Source: Candidatus Anstonellaceae archaeon
GTDB lineage: Archaea > Micrarchaeota > Micrarchaeia > Anstonellales > Anstonellaceae
NCBI GenBank assembly: GCA_038887295.1
Contig: JAWAKW010000001.1
Coordinates: 11,967 to 75,966 of the forward strand
DNA: 64,000 nucleotides
Direction: 5' to 3'
Positions 55,295-64,000 of this stretch are shown here, piece by piece; position 1 is the stretch's first letter; every line of letters begins with the position of its first letter. The position numbers were made by a program, and so were the translations under genes. The notes under the pieces are model-generated. The model was not told the origin of the DNA. It saw nothing but the letters and a program-made list of their open reading frames with translations, and searched no databases.

Positions 55295-55362
55295 GAAAAC
55301 AAGATAAAAAATTCAGAGGAAAAATTCAAAGAAAAAAGGAAGTCTGGGGGTAGGTAGCAAAA

Positions 55363-55437
55363 TAGCGGGAAGTGGATTTGAACCACTGATCTCTGGGTTA
55401 TGAGCCCAGCGGGCACTCCAAACTACCCTATCCCGCT
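55363..55437 (-). tRNA. Initiator tRNA-Met(CAU)
   Basis: A1-U72 acceptor AGCGGGA/TCCCGCT-A; CTGGG-CT-CAT-AA-CCCAG with three G-C pairs; no intron. Confidence 0.96.
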
Positions 55438-55482
55438 GACCTGATAATAAAATAAGAGGAGCTTAAAAGGCTTGTCTTTGGC

Positions 55483-56034
55483 CTAGTGCTTCTTTTGCTC
55501 AAAAAAGACCATGTCCTTGCCGCAGCTTCTACACTTAAATTCCAACTCCATTGCCTCTTCAAAACCGAAAAACTTCTTAGGCCCGCAATCAGGGCAATAA
55601 TAAAATTCTCCTTCAAAATTCTGCGCTGCCTCCCCCTCACTTTGGGGCGGGGCGGCAAACTCTTTCAGTTTGTCTTCACACATACGCCAAACATACGTAT
55701 ACCAACCGCTGTCCTTATCTTTTACGCGCGTATATGTGAATAAACCGTATGTGTGAAGGCGATTCAAAACCACTCTCACATCACTTGCCTTTACAGAAAT
55801 TTTTTTCGCAAGCTCTTCATCAGTCATATCTTTGTCAAATTCACGAATGACGTCAATAGTGTTTTCTCCTCCCATCTCAATTAGCCGCTGCCTTGCCTGT
55901 GCGCTTGCCAGCACCACATATCTCAATTTTTTCGAGTAAGTGTTCCGGCGCACAGATATTACTTCATCATCAAATTCGCTTTTTACTACCTGTTTTTCTG
56001 TCGCCTTTTTTATGCCTCTCTTTTTACTAGGCAT
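55483..56034 (-). CDS. tfe: Transcription factor E alpha subunit
   Basis: TDEELA...VR.VLN.L..GL..YTR.KD..SGWYTY.W; FYYCPDC...FEEAME.EFKCRSCG. Confidence 0.93.
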   Translation of the reverse strand: MPSKKRGIKKATEKQVVKSEFDDEVISVRRNTYSKKLRYVVLASAQARQRLIEMGGENTIDVIREFDKDMTDEELAKKISVKASDVRVVLNRLHTYGLFTYTRVKDKDSGWYTYVWRMCEDKLKEFAAPPQSEGEAAQNFEGEFYYCPDCGPKKFFGFEEAMELEFKCRSCGKDMVFFEQKKH

Positions 56035-56098
56035 CAAAACCACATAAAAATTCAGACCAATTATTTATATATCCATTTACCAAATTTTTACACGAGTT

Positions 56099-56641
56099 TT
56101 AACTTCTCAGCACATCCTCATCTAGTTTTTGCTGTACCACTACCTTTCCCCTTTTTGAAGGCCAAATCTTAAGTTTTCCTTCAAATTCAATCTCAAGTTC
56201 CTTCCCCTCAAAGAATCTATCCAAAAATAGCGCAAGCGCTGCAACCTCTGAGTGTGGTTGGCTGGTGACTGCCAAATTCAAATCCGCAAGCTCGTATGCT
56301 TCCGCTGGCACTTTACCCGCCCCCACCATCACCACACATTTTTCCAGATTGCTTACCGCCTTTTCAAAATCTTCACCATACATAGTAAGGTGTACAATTT
56401 TCCATCCCTGCTTTTTCCTTTCTCTTACAAACTTTTTCCAATCTTTTTCATATTTTACCTCAAAACCACCGCCCCACAATTCACATACTTTCCGAATACT
56501 TTCAATCACTGACGCATCCTGCTCTCCGCACAATATCCCTTCCTTTGCGCCCAGCGCGCGGGCAACCAAAAACACGTGAGTGGTGATGCGTTGGTCCCGC
56601 GCAATCCGATGGCCCAACCGAAGGACACAAACTTCCTTCAT
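56099..56641 (-). CDS. trm56: tRNA (cytidine(56)-2'-O)-methyltransferase
   Basis: LRLGHR..RDQRITTHV.L.ARA.GA, HLTMYG, VGA.KVP, QPHSEVAALA. Confidence 0.96.
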   Translation of the reverse strand: MKEVCVLRLGHRIARDQRITTHVFLVARALGAKEGILCGEQDASVIESIRKVCELWGGGFEVKYEKDWKKFVRERKKQGWKIVHLTMYGEDFEKAVSNLEKCVVMVGAGKVPAEAYELADLNLAVTSQPHSEVAALALFLDRFFEGKELEIEFEGKLKIWPSKRGKVVVQQKLDEDVLRS

Positions 56642-56691
56642 AAAAACACAGACCACACAACAATTTAAAATCCAAAGCGCAAACCACAGAT

Positions 56692-57081
56692 ATGAAAGTC
56701 ATATTAGACACAAACTTCCTTCTTTCCCACTACGAATATGGAATCGACATTTATACTGGTCTTCTTAAGCTGAGCTCAGGTCCGCTTGAGCTTTTGCTTC
56801 CTTTTTGTGTGCTTAATGAGCTTAGCAGGCTCTCAGTCAAAAAAGGGCGGAAAGGTGCTGCAGCGCGATTTGCACTTGGGGCCCTGTGGAAAATAAGACA
56901 AACTTTTACTTTCCGTCTTTTACTTTCTGAGGGCAAAACCGACGAGTGGATTATTAAATATTGCTCAAAAAATAAAGACATCTTTGTAGCTTCAAACGAT
57001 GCAAAACTTATCAAAAAACTCAAGGCGCTTCAAATAGTTGTCTTGGGGATAAAAGGCAAATCAAAAGTGGATTTTGTTTGA
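56692..57081 (+). CDS. PIN-domain protein (Fcf1/Utp24-like)
   Basis: ILDTNFL, V..EL, D..I, VASND..L. Confidence 0.9.
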   Translation: MKVILDTNFLLSHYEYGIDIYTGLLKLSSGPLELLLPFCVLNELSRLSVKKGRKGAAARFALGALWKIRQTFTFRLLLSEGKTDEWIIKYCSKNKDIFVASNDAKLIKKLKALQIVVLGIKGKSKVDFV

Positions 57082-57092
57082 GAGGTGATTTT

Positions 57093-59171
57093 TTGGAAAG
57101 TGCGGTCGCAGCTGCCTTTGGCATTTTGGAGTCTGCAGCGTTTTTCCCAATCCTTTGCGCACTCATCGGGATAGTTTATGGTTCGCTGCTTGCTTCAAAA
57201 ATTTCCAGACTTGACTCCGGAACTAAAAAAATGCAAGAAATCTCAGACGCTATAAAAGAAGGCTCAGACGCCTACCTTAGGCGCCAGTTCAAGACAATCT
57301 TGCTTTTTGGAGCAATCCTTTTTGTAGCCTTATTTTTGCTGCTTGGCGCACCGGTTGCAGTTGCATTTTTGGTCGGTGCGATTTCATCCGGCCTTGCAGG
57401 CTATCTAAGCATGTATGTGGCGGTGCGCACTAATGTAAAAGCAGCCCAAGCCTCACTTCAATCCATGCAAGCTGCTCTTTCTGTGCCATTCAGTGGCGGG
57501 GTGGTAAGTGGTGCAATGATTGCTGGCATTGGGCTGTTTGGGGTCGCACTGGTCTTTTTTGGCGTTTATCTCCTCTTTGGCCAAAACGAAGCGGCTCTGG
57601 CTGAGGCAGGGAAGGCGCTAATCGGCTTTGGTTTTGGCGCAAACTTGCTAGCACTTTTCATGAGAGTTGGAGGCGGCATCTACACAAAAGGGGCAGATGT
57701 GGGCGCAGATTTGGTTGGTAAAGTGGAAAAGAACATCCCTGAAGACGACCCGCGCAACCCAGCAGTCATCGCAGACAATGTAGGTGACAACGTTGGCGAC
57801 TGCGCTGGTATGGGTGCAGACGTTTTCGAGTCTTACACAGTGACAATAATTGCAGCAATGGTCCTCGGAGCAGCAATAGCTGGCTTTGGCGGCGCGCTCC
57901 TCCCTCTCATAGTGGCAGGCGGTGCTCTTTTGTTGGGGCTTGCAAGCACCAAAGCAGTAAAAATCAGGGACGAAAACGAATACCCCCTTGAGCCAATGAA
58001 AAGAGGCTTTACGCTTTCCTTGGTGCTGCAAGGCCTTTTCTTCCTTGCACTTGCACTTGCAATTCAGCAAATAAACGTGTTTTTTGCATTGGCTTTAGGC
58101 TTGCTAGTCACCCACATCATAATTGCAATTACTGAATATTATACTTCCTCCAAGGAGCAACCAGTGCAAAGCATCGCGCATGCCTCAAAGTCTGGCGCAG
58201 GCACCAATCTTATTGCCGGGCTTGGCGTAGGTATGGAATCCGCAGTTGCAGGAATCCTTGCAGTAGCAGCCGCAATTGCATTAGGCTACTATGGTGTAGG
58301 GCTAGGTTATTTTGGCATAGCGCTGGTTGGGCTTGGGATGCTTTCCACCACAGTATTTATCATGGCAATGGACACTTTCGGGCCAATTGCAGACAATGCG
58401 GGCGGAATCGGCGAGATGGCAGGTATTGGCGCTGTAGGTAAAAAGAGGATGGGCAGGCTAGATGCAGTAGGAAACACCACAAAAGCAGTTACCAAAGGCT
58501 TTGCAATCAGCTCTGCAGCAATAGCAGCAGTTGCGCTGTTTTCAACTTTCTTCCAAACAACTGGGCTCTCAGTAATTAATGTAGCAATCCCCGCAGTTTT
58601 CATTGGCCTCCTCATAGGTGGCGCGGTCCCATTCATTTTCTCCTCGCTTTCTATGAAAGCAGTTGGGCAAGCGGCAAACTTAGTAGTCCAAGAAGTCAGA
58701 AGGCAATTCAGCGACCCGCAAATTTTCAAAGGCAAAAAGAAGCCAGATTATGCCGCATGCGTGGACATCTCCACCAAAGCAGCAATCGATTCACTTCTCA
58801 TTCCAGGCGCCATAGTCGTACTTACCCCAATTGCAGTGGTGTCTGTCCCAATTGCATTGGGAGCCCCAATAGAAATAGGTCTTGAAGCGCTGGGGGGCTT
58901 CATAGCAGGTGCAATATTGGTAAGCCAGCTTCTTGCAATTTTCATGGCAAATGCGGGGGCAGCTTGGGACAATGCCAAAAAATTCATCGAGGATGGTAAT
59001 CTGGGCGGCAAAGGCTCAGAAACTCACAAAGCAGCAGTGGTGGGAGACACAGTCGGGGACCCATTCAAAGACACATCAGGCCCTGCGCTCAACCCAATGA
59101 TAAAGATCCTCAACATCGTGTCGCTCTTGATTGCCGCAGTGATTGCAGGTAAGCAAATAGGCGCCATTTGA
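57093..59171 (+). CDS. hppA: Membrane-bound H+-translocating pyrophosphatase, K+-independent type
   Basis: GGGIYTKGADVGADLVGKVE, EDDPRNP, DNVGDNVGD, GNTTKA, GDTVGDPFKDT. Confidence 0.95.
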   Translation: MESAVAAAFGILESAAFFPILCALIGIVYGSLLASKISRLDSGTKKMQEISDAIKEGSDAYLRRQFKTILLFGAILFVALFLLLGAPVAVAFLVGAISSGLAGYLSMYVAVRTNVKAAQASLQSMQAALSVPFSGGVVSGAMIAGIGLFGVALVFFGVYLLFGQNEAALAEAGKALIGFGFGANLLALFMRVGGGIYTKGADVGADLVGKVEKNIPEDDPRNPAVIADNVGDNVGDCAGMGADVFESYTVTIIAAMVLGAAIAGFGGALLPLIVAGGALLLGLASTKAVKIRDENEYPLEPMKRGFTLSLVLQGLFFLALALAIQQINVFFALALGLLVTHIIIAITEYYTSSKEQPVQSIAHASKSGAGTNLIAGLGVGMESAVAGILAVAAAIALGYYGVGLGYFGIALVGLGMLSTTVFIMAMDTFGPIADNAGGIGEMAGIGAVGKKRMGRLDAVGNTTKAVTKGFAISSAAIAAVALFSTFFQTTGLSVINVAIPAVFIGLLIGGAVPFIFSSLSMKAVGQAANLVVQEVRRQFSDPQIFKGKKKPDYAACVDISTKAAIDSLLIPGAIVVLTPIAVVSVPIALGAPIEIGLEALGGFIAGAILVSQLLAIFMANAGAAWDNAKKFIEDGNLGGKGSETHKAAVVGDTVGDPFKDTSGPALNPMIKILNIVSLLIAAVIAGKQIGAI

Positions 59172-59220
59172 TGCAAAGCTATAAAAGCAGACAAATCCAA
59201 AACCTATTTTGGTGCTGCTG

Positions 59221-59370
59221 ATGGCGCTTGAGACGAAGGAAATCAACAAGGAAGACTACGGCTTTAATCAGGTCCTCGCTTCACTCCGTGAACTTTATTC
59301 TCGCATCCCTTCTAAACTACAACAACCACACCAAACACAGCAAAATCAACAACAAAAAATAACTCATTGA
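59221..59370 (+). CDS. Small hypothetical ORF (49 aa, not in ORF track), possibly the 5' part of a frameshifted gene
   Basis: MALETKEINKEDYGFNQVLASLRELYSRIPSKLQQPHQTQQNQQQKITH; GGTG upstream. Confidence 0.45.
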   Translation: MALETKEINKEDYGFNQVLASLRELYSRIPSKLQQPHQTQQNQQQKITH

Positions 59371-59639
59371 AGGTGGAAATAGTGTCCTCAAAGTTTCCGC
59401 ATCCTTCTGACATCCCTTGGGACAAAATCCAAAAGATAAAAGTGGCGCGCGATACAGACAAGGAGATCTATAGTTTCGAGTTTGACCTTCATGGAAGGAT
59501 GCAGAAAATAACAATTACAATAGGGCCGGATTCAACTTCTTACACGCTTTCTTCAGCAGACGGCACTCCTCTTCTTCACGGGGTGCAAAAAGGAAAAGAG
59601 TTCAAGCTGTATAACTTTTCCTCAAAAATCAGAAAATAA
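59367..59639 (+). CDS. Hypothetical protein
   Basis: 90-aa beta-rich ORF whose stop abuts the drg stop. Confidence 0.55.
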   Translation: MKVEIVSSKFPHPSDIPWDKIQKIKVARDTDKEIYSFEFDLHGRMQKITITIGPDSTSYTLSSADGTPLLHGVQKGKEFKLYNFSSKIRK

Positions 59640-60728
59640 TCATTCTCCTTGCCGTTTGATAATAGAAAAGACATCTCCGTCCTCAAGCACATGCGAAAGC
59701 CCAACTTTTTGGCCTGGGAATTTTGCAGATTTGCCCCAAACCAATGCATATTTGAACTGGGAAAGCAATTCCTGGTGAAGCTTTCTGCAGGCATCTTCAA
59801 TTGTTGCCCCTGCCTTCAGCATGAGGGGCTCTTTCAAATCTGGCTTGTCCAACCGCGGCTTTGTATACACCCTAATCAAATTAAGGCGGGAAAAGATCTC
59901 TGCTTTAAGCCGGTCAATATTGATTTGCTTTTCTGCAGAAATAGGCACAAAATCAAAATCAAGGCCCTTTAGATACTCCTCATTTACCATATCCACTTTG
60001 TTGAGCGCAACGAGGGACTTTACATATCTTCTGTTTCCCACAAGCACATCAATTAGGCGCTCAACTGTAGCGTCTTCATGAAACACAATATTTGCGTTGT
60101 GTATCCCATACTCTCCGAGCACAGCAGAAATAACCTTACTGTCCAATTTTGTAAGAGGCACGGTAGAGTTTATTTCAATCCCGCCGCGTGCCTTTTTCGT
60201 GATTCGAATCTTTGGCGGCTCCTCATCCAGCCGGATTCCTGCACCTGCAAGCTCCTCCTTTATTTTCTGGAGGGCGTTTGGCTGAAATACATCCACTACT
60301 ATCAGCACCAAATCTGCGCTTCTTGCAACTGCAAGCACCTCTCTTCCCCTTCCCCGCCCTTCATGCGCACCTATTAAAATCCCAGGCAGATCCAAAATCT
60401 GTATCTTTGCTCCATTGTATTCCATGCTTCCTGGAATGCAGCTGAGAGTGGTGAATGCATAAGGGGCAGTCTTGCTTTTTGTGCTGCACAACGTATTAAG
60501 TAGGGTGGATTTCCCAACAGAAGGCAAACCGATAAGTACAACAGTCGCATCTCCGCTCTTTTTTACATCAAAGCCACCGCCGCCTCCGGCTTTTTTTGGA
60601 GTTGCAAGCTCCCGCCTGATTTTTGCAATCTTTGCCTTAAGAAGCCCAATATGGTGCTCGGTTGCCTTGTTTTTTTGCGTACGAGCAAGTTCTTCCTCAA
60701 GCAAGCGAAGTTTTTCCTCCAGCCCCAT
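59640..60728 (-). CDS. DRG-family GTPase (Rbg1-like)
   Basis: TQKNKATEHHIGLLKAK, GLPSVGKST, YAFTT, DLPG, NKVD, TGS domain. Confidence 0.95.
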   Translation of the reverse strand: MGLEEKLRLLEEELARTQKNKATEHHIGLLKAKIAKIRRELATPKKAGGGGGFDVKKSGDATVVLIGLPSVGKSTLLNTLCSTKSKTAPYAFTTLSCIPGSMEYNGAKIQILDLPGILIGAHEGRGRGREVLAVARSADLVLIVVDVFQPNALQKIKEELAGAGIRLDEEPPKIRITKKARGGIEINSTVPLTKLDSKVISAVLGEYGIHNANIVFHEDATVERLIDVLVGNRRYVKSLVALNKVDMVNEEYLKGLDFDFVPISAEKQINIDRLKAEIFSRLNLIRVYTKPRLDKPDLKEPLMLKAGATIEDACRKLHQELLSQFKYALVWGKSAKFPGQKVGLSHVLEDGDVFSIIKRQGE

Positions 60729-60780
60729 AATCTAATCAAAGTGCAAAACCCTTTTAATTCTCGATTCTTTAAATAAGTCC

Positions 60781-62088
60781 ATGCCAAGACACACGTCAGC
60801 ATCTACAAAGGCCGCAAAGCCAGGTGACAAGATAAAAGTTGTCTGCCAGGATGCTTCTTATGTTGGGATTTTGCTTCCGCGCCCGTGGGAGGACGGATAT
60901 ATTACTATCAAGCTAGATTCAGGCTACAATATCGGCATCAAAGCTGACAAAATCTCCCAACTTGAGATACTCCAAAAAGAGACAGTAACTTTTGCGCAGC
61001 CCATGCAAAAAAGCAAATCTGTTTCCTTTGCAGGAAAAATCGCACTGCTTGCATGCGGCGGCACGATTGTGAACAAGGTGGATTACAGGACGGGTGCAGT
61101 ATACCCCGCCAAAAGTGTCCAGGAGATTTTGGCTGGCTTGCACCCAAGTGTAGTCGGGCTGACTGCCCCAAAGCTACTTTTCTCCATAGCCTCAGAGGAC
61201 ATGTCTCCTGCTCACTGGGTAGAGCTTGCCAATGAAGTGGCAGACGCAATCAAGGATGATGCGCAGGGTGTGGTAATCACCCACGGAACTGACACAATGC
61301 ATTACACCTCTGCCGCGCTTTCCTTCATGCTCTCAGGGCTTCCCTGCCCTGTTGTTCTGACTGGAAGCCAAAGGAGCTCTGACCGCGGCTCCTCAGACGC
61401 TCCAATCAACCTTTTTTGCGCAATCTCTGCCGCAAAAGCAGACCTTTCAGGCGTGTTTATATGTATGCACGAAGGGCTTTCAGACGATTTCTGCCACCTG
61501 ATTATAGGGACAAAAGCAAGGAAAATGCACACAAGCAGAAGGGACGCATTCCGCTCAATCAACGTTTCGCCTGCAGCAAGAGTTAGCGCAGAAACAGGCA
61601 AAGTGGAAAAAATCAATGCGGCCCCCAGACAAAACACGAAACTTCAGCTTGATACTCGGCTGAACACAAACGTGGCAATGCAGTATATTTATCCAGGAAT
61701 AAAGCCTTCAGCAATTTCTGCACTTTCAGAATATGATGGAGTCGTACTTGTCGGCATGGGGTTGGGACACGTGCCAACCAATCTGGGAAACGACCCGCTT
61801 TCCATCCCGATCTTCAAAGAGGTTTGCGGGCTTATAGAATCAGGCGTGCATGTATATTTGGCTTCGCAGTGCATATACGGCAGAGTAAATATGGATGTTT
61901 ATTCAAATGGGAGGGTCCTTGCAGAAAAAGGGGTGATGGGCAACCACTGCGACATGACCCCCGAAACGGCATACGTCAAGCTGATGTGGGTGCTTGGGCA
62001 TGAAAAAGAGCCTAAGAAAGTCAAGCAAATGATGGAATCAAACATTGCCGGGGAAATTTCCCAAAGGACCGAAATACTTCCTTATTGA
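60781..62088 (+). CDS. gatD: Glu-tRNA(Gln) amidotransferase subunit D
   Basis: KLDSGYNIG, GGTI..VDYRTGAV, HGTDT, QRSSDRGSSD, RKMHTSRRDAF. Confidence 0.97.
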   Translation: MPRHTSASTKAAKPGDKIKVVCQDASYVGILLPRPWEDGYITIKLDSGYNIGIKADKISQLEILQKETVTFAQPMQKSKSVSFAGKIALLACGGTIVNKVDYRTGAVYPAKSVQEILAGLHPSVVGLTAPKLLFSIASEDMSPAHWVELANEVADAIKDDAQGVVITHGTDTMHYTSAALSFMLSGLPCPVVLTGSQRSSDRGSSDAPINLFCAISAAKADLSGVFICMHEGLSDDFCHLIIGTKARKMHTSRRDAFRSINVSPAARVSAETGKVEKINAAPRQNTKLQLDTRLNTNVAMQYIYPGIKPSAISALSEYDGVVLVGMGLGHVPTNLGNDPLSIPIFKEVCGLIESGVHVYLASQCIYGRVNMDVYSNGRVLAEKGVMGNHCDMTPETAYVKLMWVLGHEKEPKKVKQMMESNIAGEISQRTEILPY

Positions 62089-62096
62089 GTGTTTGT

Positions 62097-63929
62097 ATGA
62101 AGTGTGGAATTGAGATACACCAACGGATTGCAGGCAAAAAACTTTTCTGCGGCTGCCCTCAGCCACCAGAAGAAAAGCAGCATGAGGAAGTGCTTTCTTT
62201 TTCAAGAAAACTCTATCCCGTCCTTTCTGAACTTGGAGAAGCAGATGCGGCCGCGCAAATGGAAGCTTTAAGGCAAAAGACAATGCATTACAAAGCGCCA
62301 AAAAAGCATTCCTGTCTTGTGGAAGCAGACGAGGAACCCCCTGCCTGGATGGACACGGAGGCGCTCAAAGCGGTACTGGTTTTTTGTAAGCTGCTGGAAA
62401 GCAGCATTGTAGATGAAATCCATACAATGAGAAAAACCGTAATTGACGGAAGCAACACCTCAGGATTCCAAAGGACTGCGGTGGTAGGACTTGGAGGGCA
62501 TATCCAAACAAGCTTTGGCAAAGTAGGAATCCAAAGCATCTGCATTGAAGAGGAAAGTGCAGGGATCATTGATGTTGCCGAATTTGACCTTTCCCGTCTG
62601 GGCATTCCTCTGGTTGAGATTGCAACCGAGCCAGTATTTGAGGACGGCAAGCAAGCACAAGAGGCAGCATTGGAAATAGGTTCTCTTCTGCGGAAAACAG
62701 GCCTTGTGCAAAGAGGAATCGGGACAATAAGGCAGGACCTGAACATCTCTGTGCCCCAAGGGGCAAGAGTAGAGATAAAAGGCGTCCAAGAAATTTCTAT
62801 GGTTGCCACCACCATTGAGATAGAAGTACAAAGGCAGCAGCGCCTACTGGAAATTGCAAGCCAGCTCAAATCTAGGCTTCAGGGAAGTTCTATCCCGCAA
62901 GAGTTTGTGGATTTGACCGAAATTTTCAAAGAGACAAATTCCTCGCTGGTCGGCAAAGCTCTCAAAAGCGGGGGGAGAATCTTCGGGCTTAGGCTTCCGC
63001 AGCATGCGGGGCTGCTTGGAAGGCAAGTTGCGCCCAACCGAAGATACGGAACTGAGCTTGCGGATTATGCACGCGCAGTCGGTGTTAAAGGGCTGATGCA
63101 CTCTGATGAAGACCTGTTGGAATATGGGATTTCAGATGATGAAATTTTGGAGACAAAGACTGCGCTTTCTGTAAAAGGGGAGGATGCATTTGTGCTTTGC
63201 TTTGGGGAGCCACAAAAAGTCAAAGCCGCCCTCTCACAGGTGCTGGACAGGGCATCTTTCCTTGGGGTTCCGGCTGAAACAAGAAGAGCAAACCCAGATG
63301 GGACTTCTTCCTTTTTGCGCCCGCTTCCAGGAAGGGCAAGAATGTATCCTGAAACTGACATCCCACCAATCAAGCTCACAGAAAGTTTGCTTTTGCGGGT
63401 GCAGCAAGAGGTAAAAAAGCTAATGCAGGCCAAGCGCGACCTTTCCGAGCTTCTCTCCACCCTCAATCAAGAGCTTGCATCTCAACTTTCCCAGCAGCGG
63501 GGGCTTATTTCACACAATCCAGATTTTCCATCTACTTTCAGCACACCCGAGCTTTCAGTTTTTGCAGCAGCGGTAAAAGAAGGGACAGATCCATCATTTG
63601 TTGCATCCACCCTAACCAACACGTTGCAGTCCTTAAAGCGCGAAGGGGTCGAGACAAGGAAGCTGGACGAGCCCAAGCTGCTTTCTTTCTTTACTGCCTT
63701 CAGGCAAGGTGTATTTGCCAAAGCAGCCGGCGCCGAGATACTGCGACACATGTGCATTCATGGCAGCACCCCTGCCAAAGCAGCTGAGGAGCTCCAACTA
63801 AAGAAAATAACGGGAGTACAGCTTAAGCAGCTTATCCAGCAAGAAGGGTTGGACTTCAAACGCCTGATGGAAAAATACCGGCTTAAAGTGGATGCAGCAG
63901 AAGCCCAATTGCTTTTCAAAAAATCCTAG
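62097..63929 (+). CDS. gatE: Glu-tRNA(Gln) amidotransferase subunit E
   Basis: GIEIHQ, KLFC.C, MRKTVIDGSNTSGFQRT, RGIGTIRQD, RPLPGRARMYPETD. Confidence 0.97.
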   Translation: MKCGIEIHQRIAGKKLFCGCPQPPEEKQHEEVLSFSRKLYPVLSELGEADAAAQMEALRQKTMHYKAPKKHSCLVEADEEPPAWMDTEALKAVLVFCKLLESSIVDEIHTMRKTVIDGSNTSGFQRTAVVGLGGHIQTSFGKVGIQSICIEEESAGIIDVAEFDLSRLGIPLVEIATEPVFEDGKQAQEAALEIGSLLRKTGLVQRGIGTIRQDLNISVPQGARVEIKGVQEISMVATTIEIEVQRQQRLLEIASQLKSRLQGSSIPQEFVDLTEIFKETNSSLVGKALKSGGRIFGLRLPQHAGLLGRQVAPNRRYGTELADYARAVGVKGLMHSDEDLLEYGISDDEILETKTALSVKGEDAFVLCFGEPQKVKAALSQVLDRASFLGVPAETRRANPDGTSSFLRPLPGRARMYPETDIPPIKLTESLLLRVQQEVKKLMQAKRDLSELLSTLNQELASQLSQQRGLISHNPDFPSTFSTPELSVFAAAVKEGTDPSFVASTLTNTLQSLKREGVETRKLDEPKLLSFFTAFRQGVFAKAAGAEILRHMCIHGSTPAKAAEELQLKKITGVQLKQLIQQEGLDFKRLMEKYRLKVDAAEAQLLFKKS

Positions 63930-64000
63930 CGCATTCCCATGTATTTTTTGTTTTCCAAATACTTCTTTTTTCCATACCAAAGGATCTCCAGCTTGTCTCT
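63926..64000 (-). CDS. 3' end of an unidentified CDS entering from the window edge
   Basis: Open frame RDKLEILWYGKKKYLENKKYMGMR-stop, overlapping the gatE stop by 4 nt like other convergent pairs. Confidence 0.5.
   Translation of the reverse strand, partial: RDKLEILWYGKKKYLENKKYMGMR

Noticed and set aside
55198..55362. Replication origin (ORB elements), a 25-aa ORF at 55280, and the AAGGGGCCCCTT palindrome at 55209-55220
   Set aside because: No convincing ORB repeats or adjacent cdc6; the ORF is low-complexity; the palindrome alone is uninformative. An origin with reversed skew polarity is not strictly excluded

Overview
This is a densely packed archaeal chromosome segment, most likely from a DPANN Micrarchaeota-type organism. 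The evidence is a three-unit epsilon-type tRNA splicing endonuclease, GGTGA ribosome-binding sites, GatDE, and archaeal ribosomal and translation genes. The window holds about 78 protein genes, mostly housekeeping (translation, tRNA modification, gluconeogenesis, isoprenoid synthesis, repair), plus four tRNAs, three of them with introns. I found five short ORFs missing from the ORF track: rps27ae, rplX/L18Ae, rpoK and two unknowns. No CRISPR array, rRNA, integrase or transposase was seen. The most notable observations are: (1) a tRNA-Ile(UAU) with two introns; (2) a second, catalytically degenerate EndA-like gene next to rfcL; (3) a VirB4/CedB-like ATPase apparently split into two genes 13 kb apart, with a coiled-coil/winged-helix partner; (4) a strand-composition switch at about 55.3 kb that coincides with a dif-like 11-6-11 inverted repeat; (5) a RelA/SpoT-hydrolase-like HD protein; (6) a HypA-like protein lacking its Zn finger; and (7) a 1013-aa orphan with a possible OmpA-like domain and a C-terminal beta-barrel. 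All family calls come from motif recognition by eye, not from database searches.
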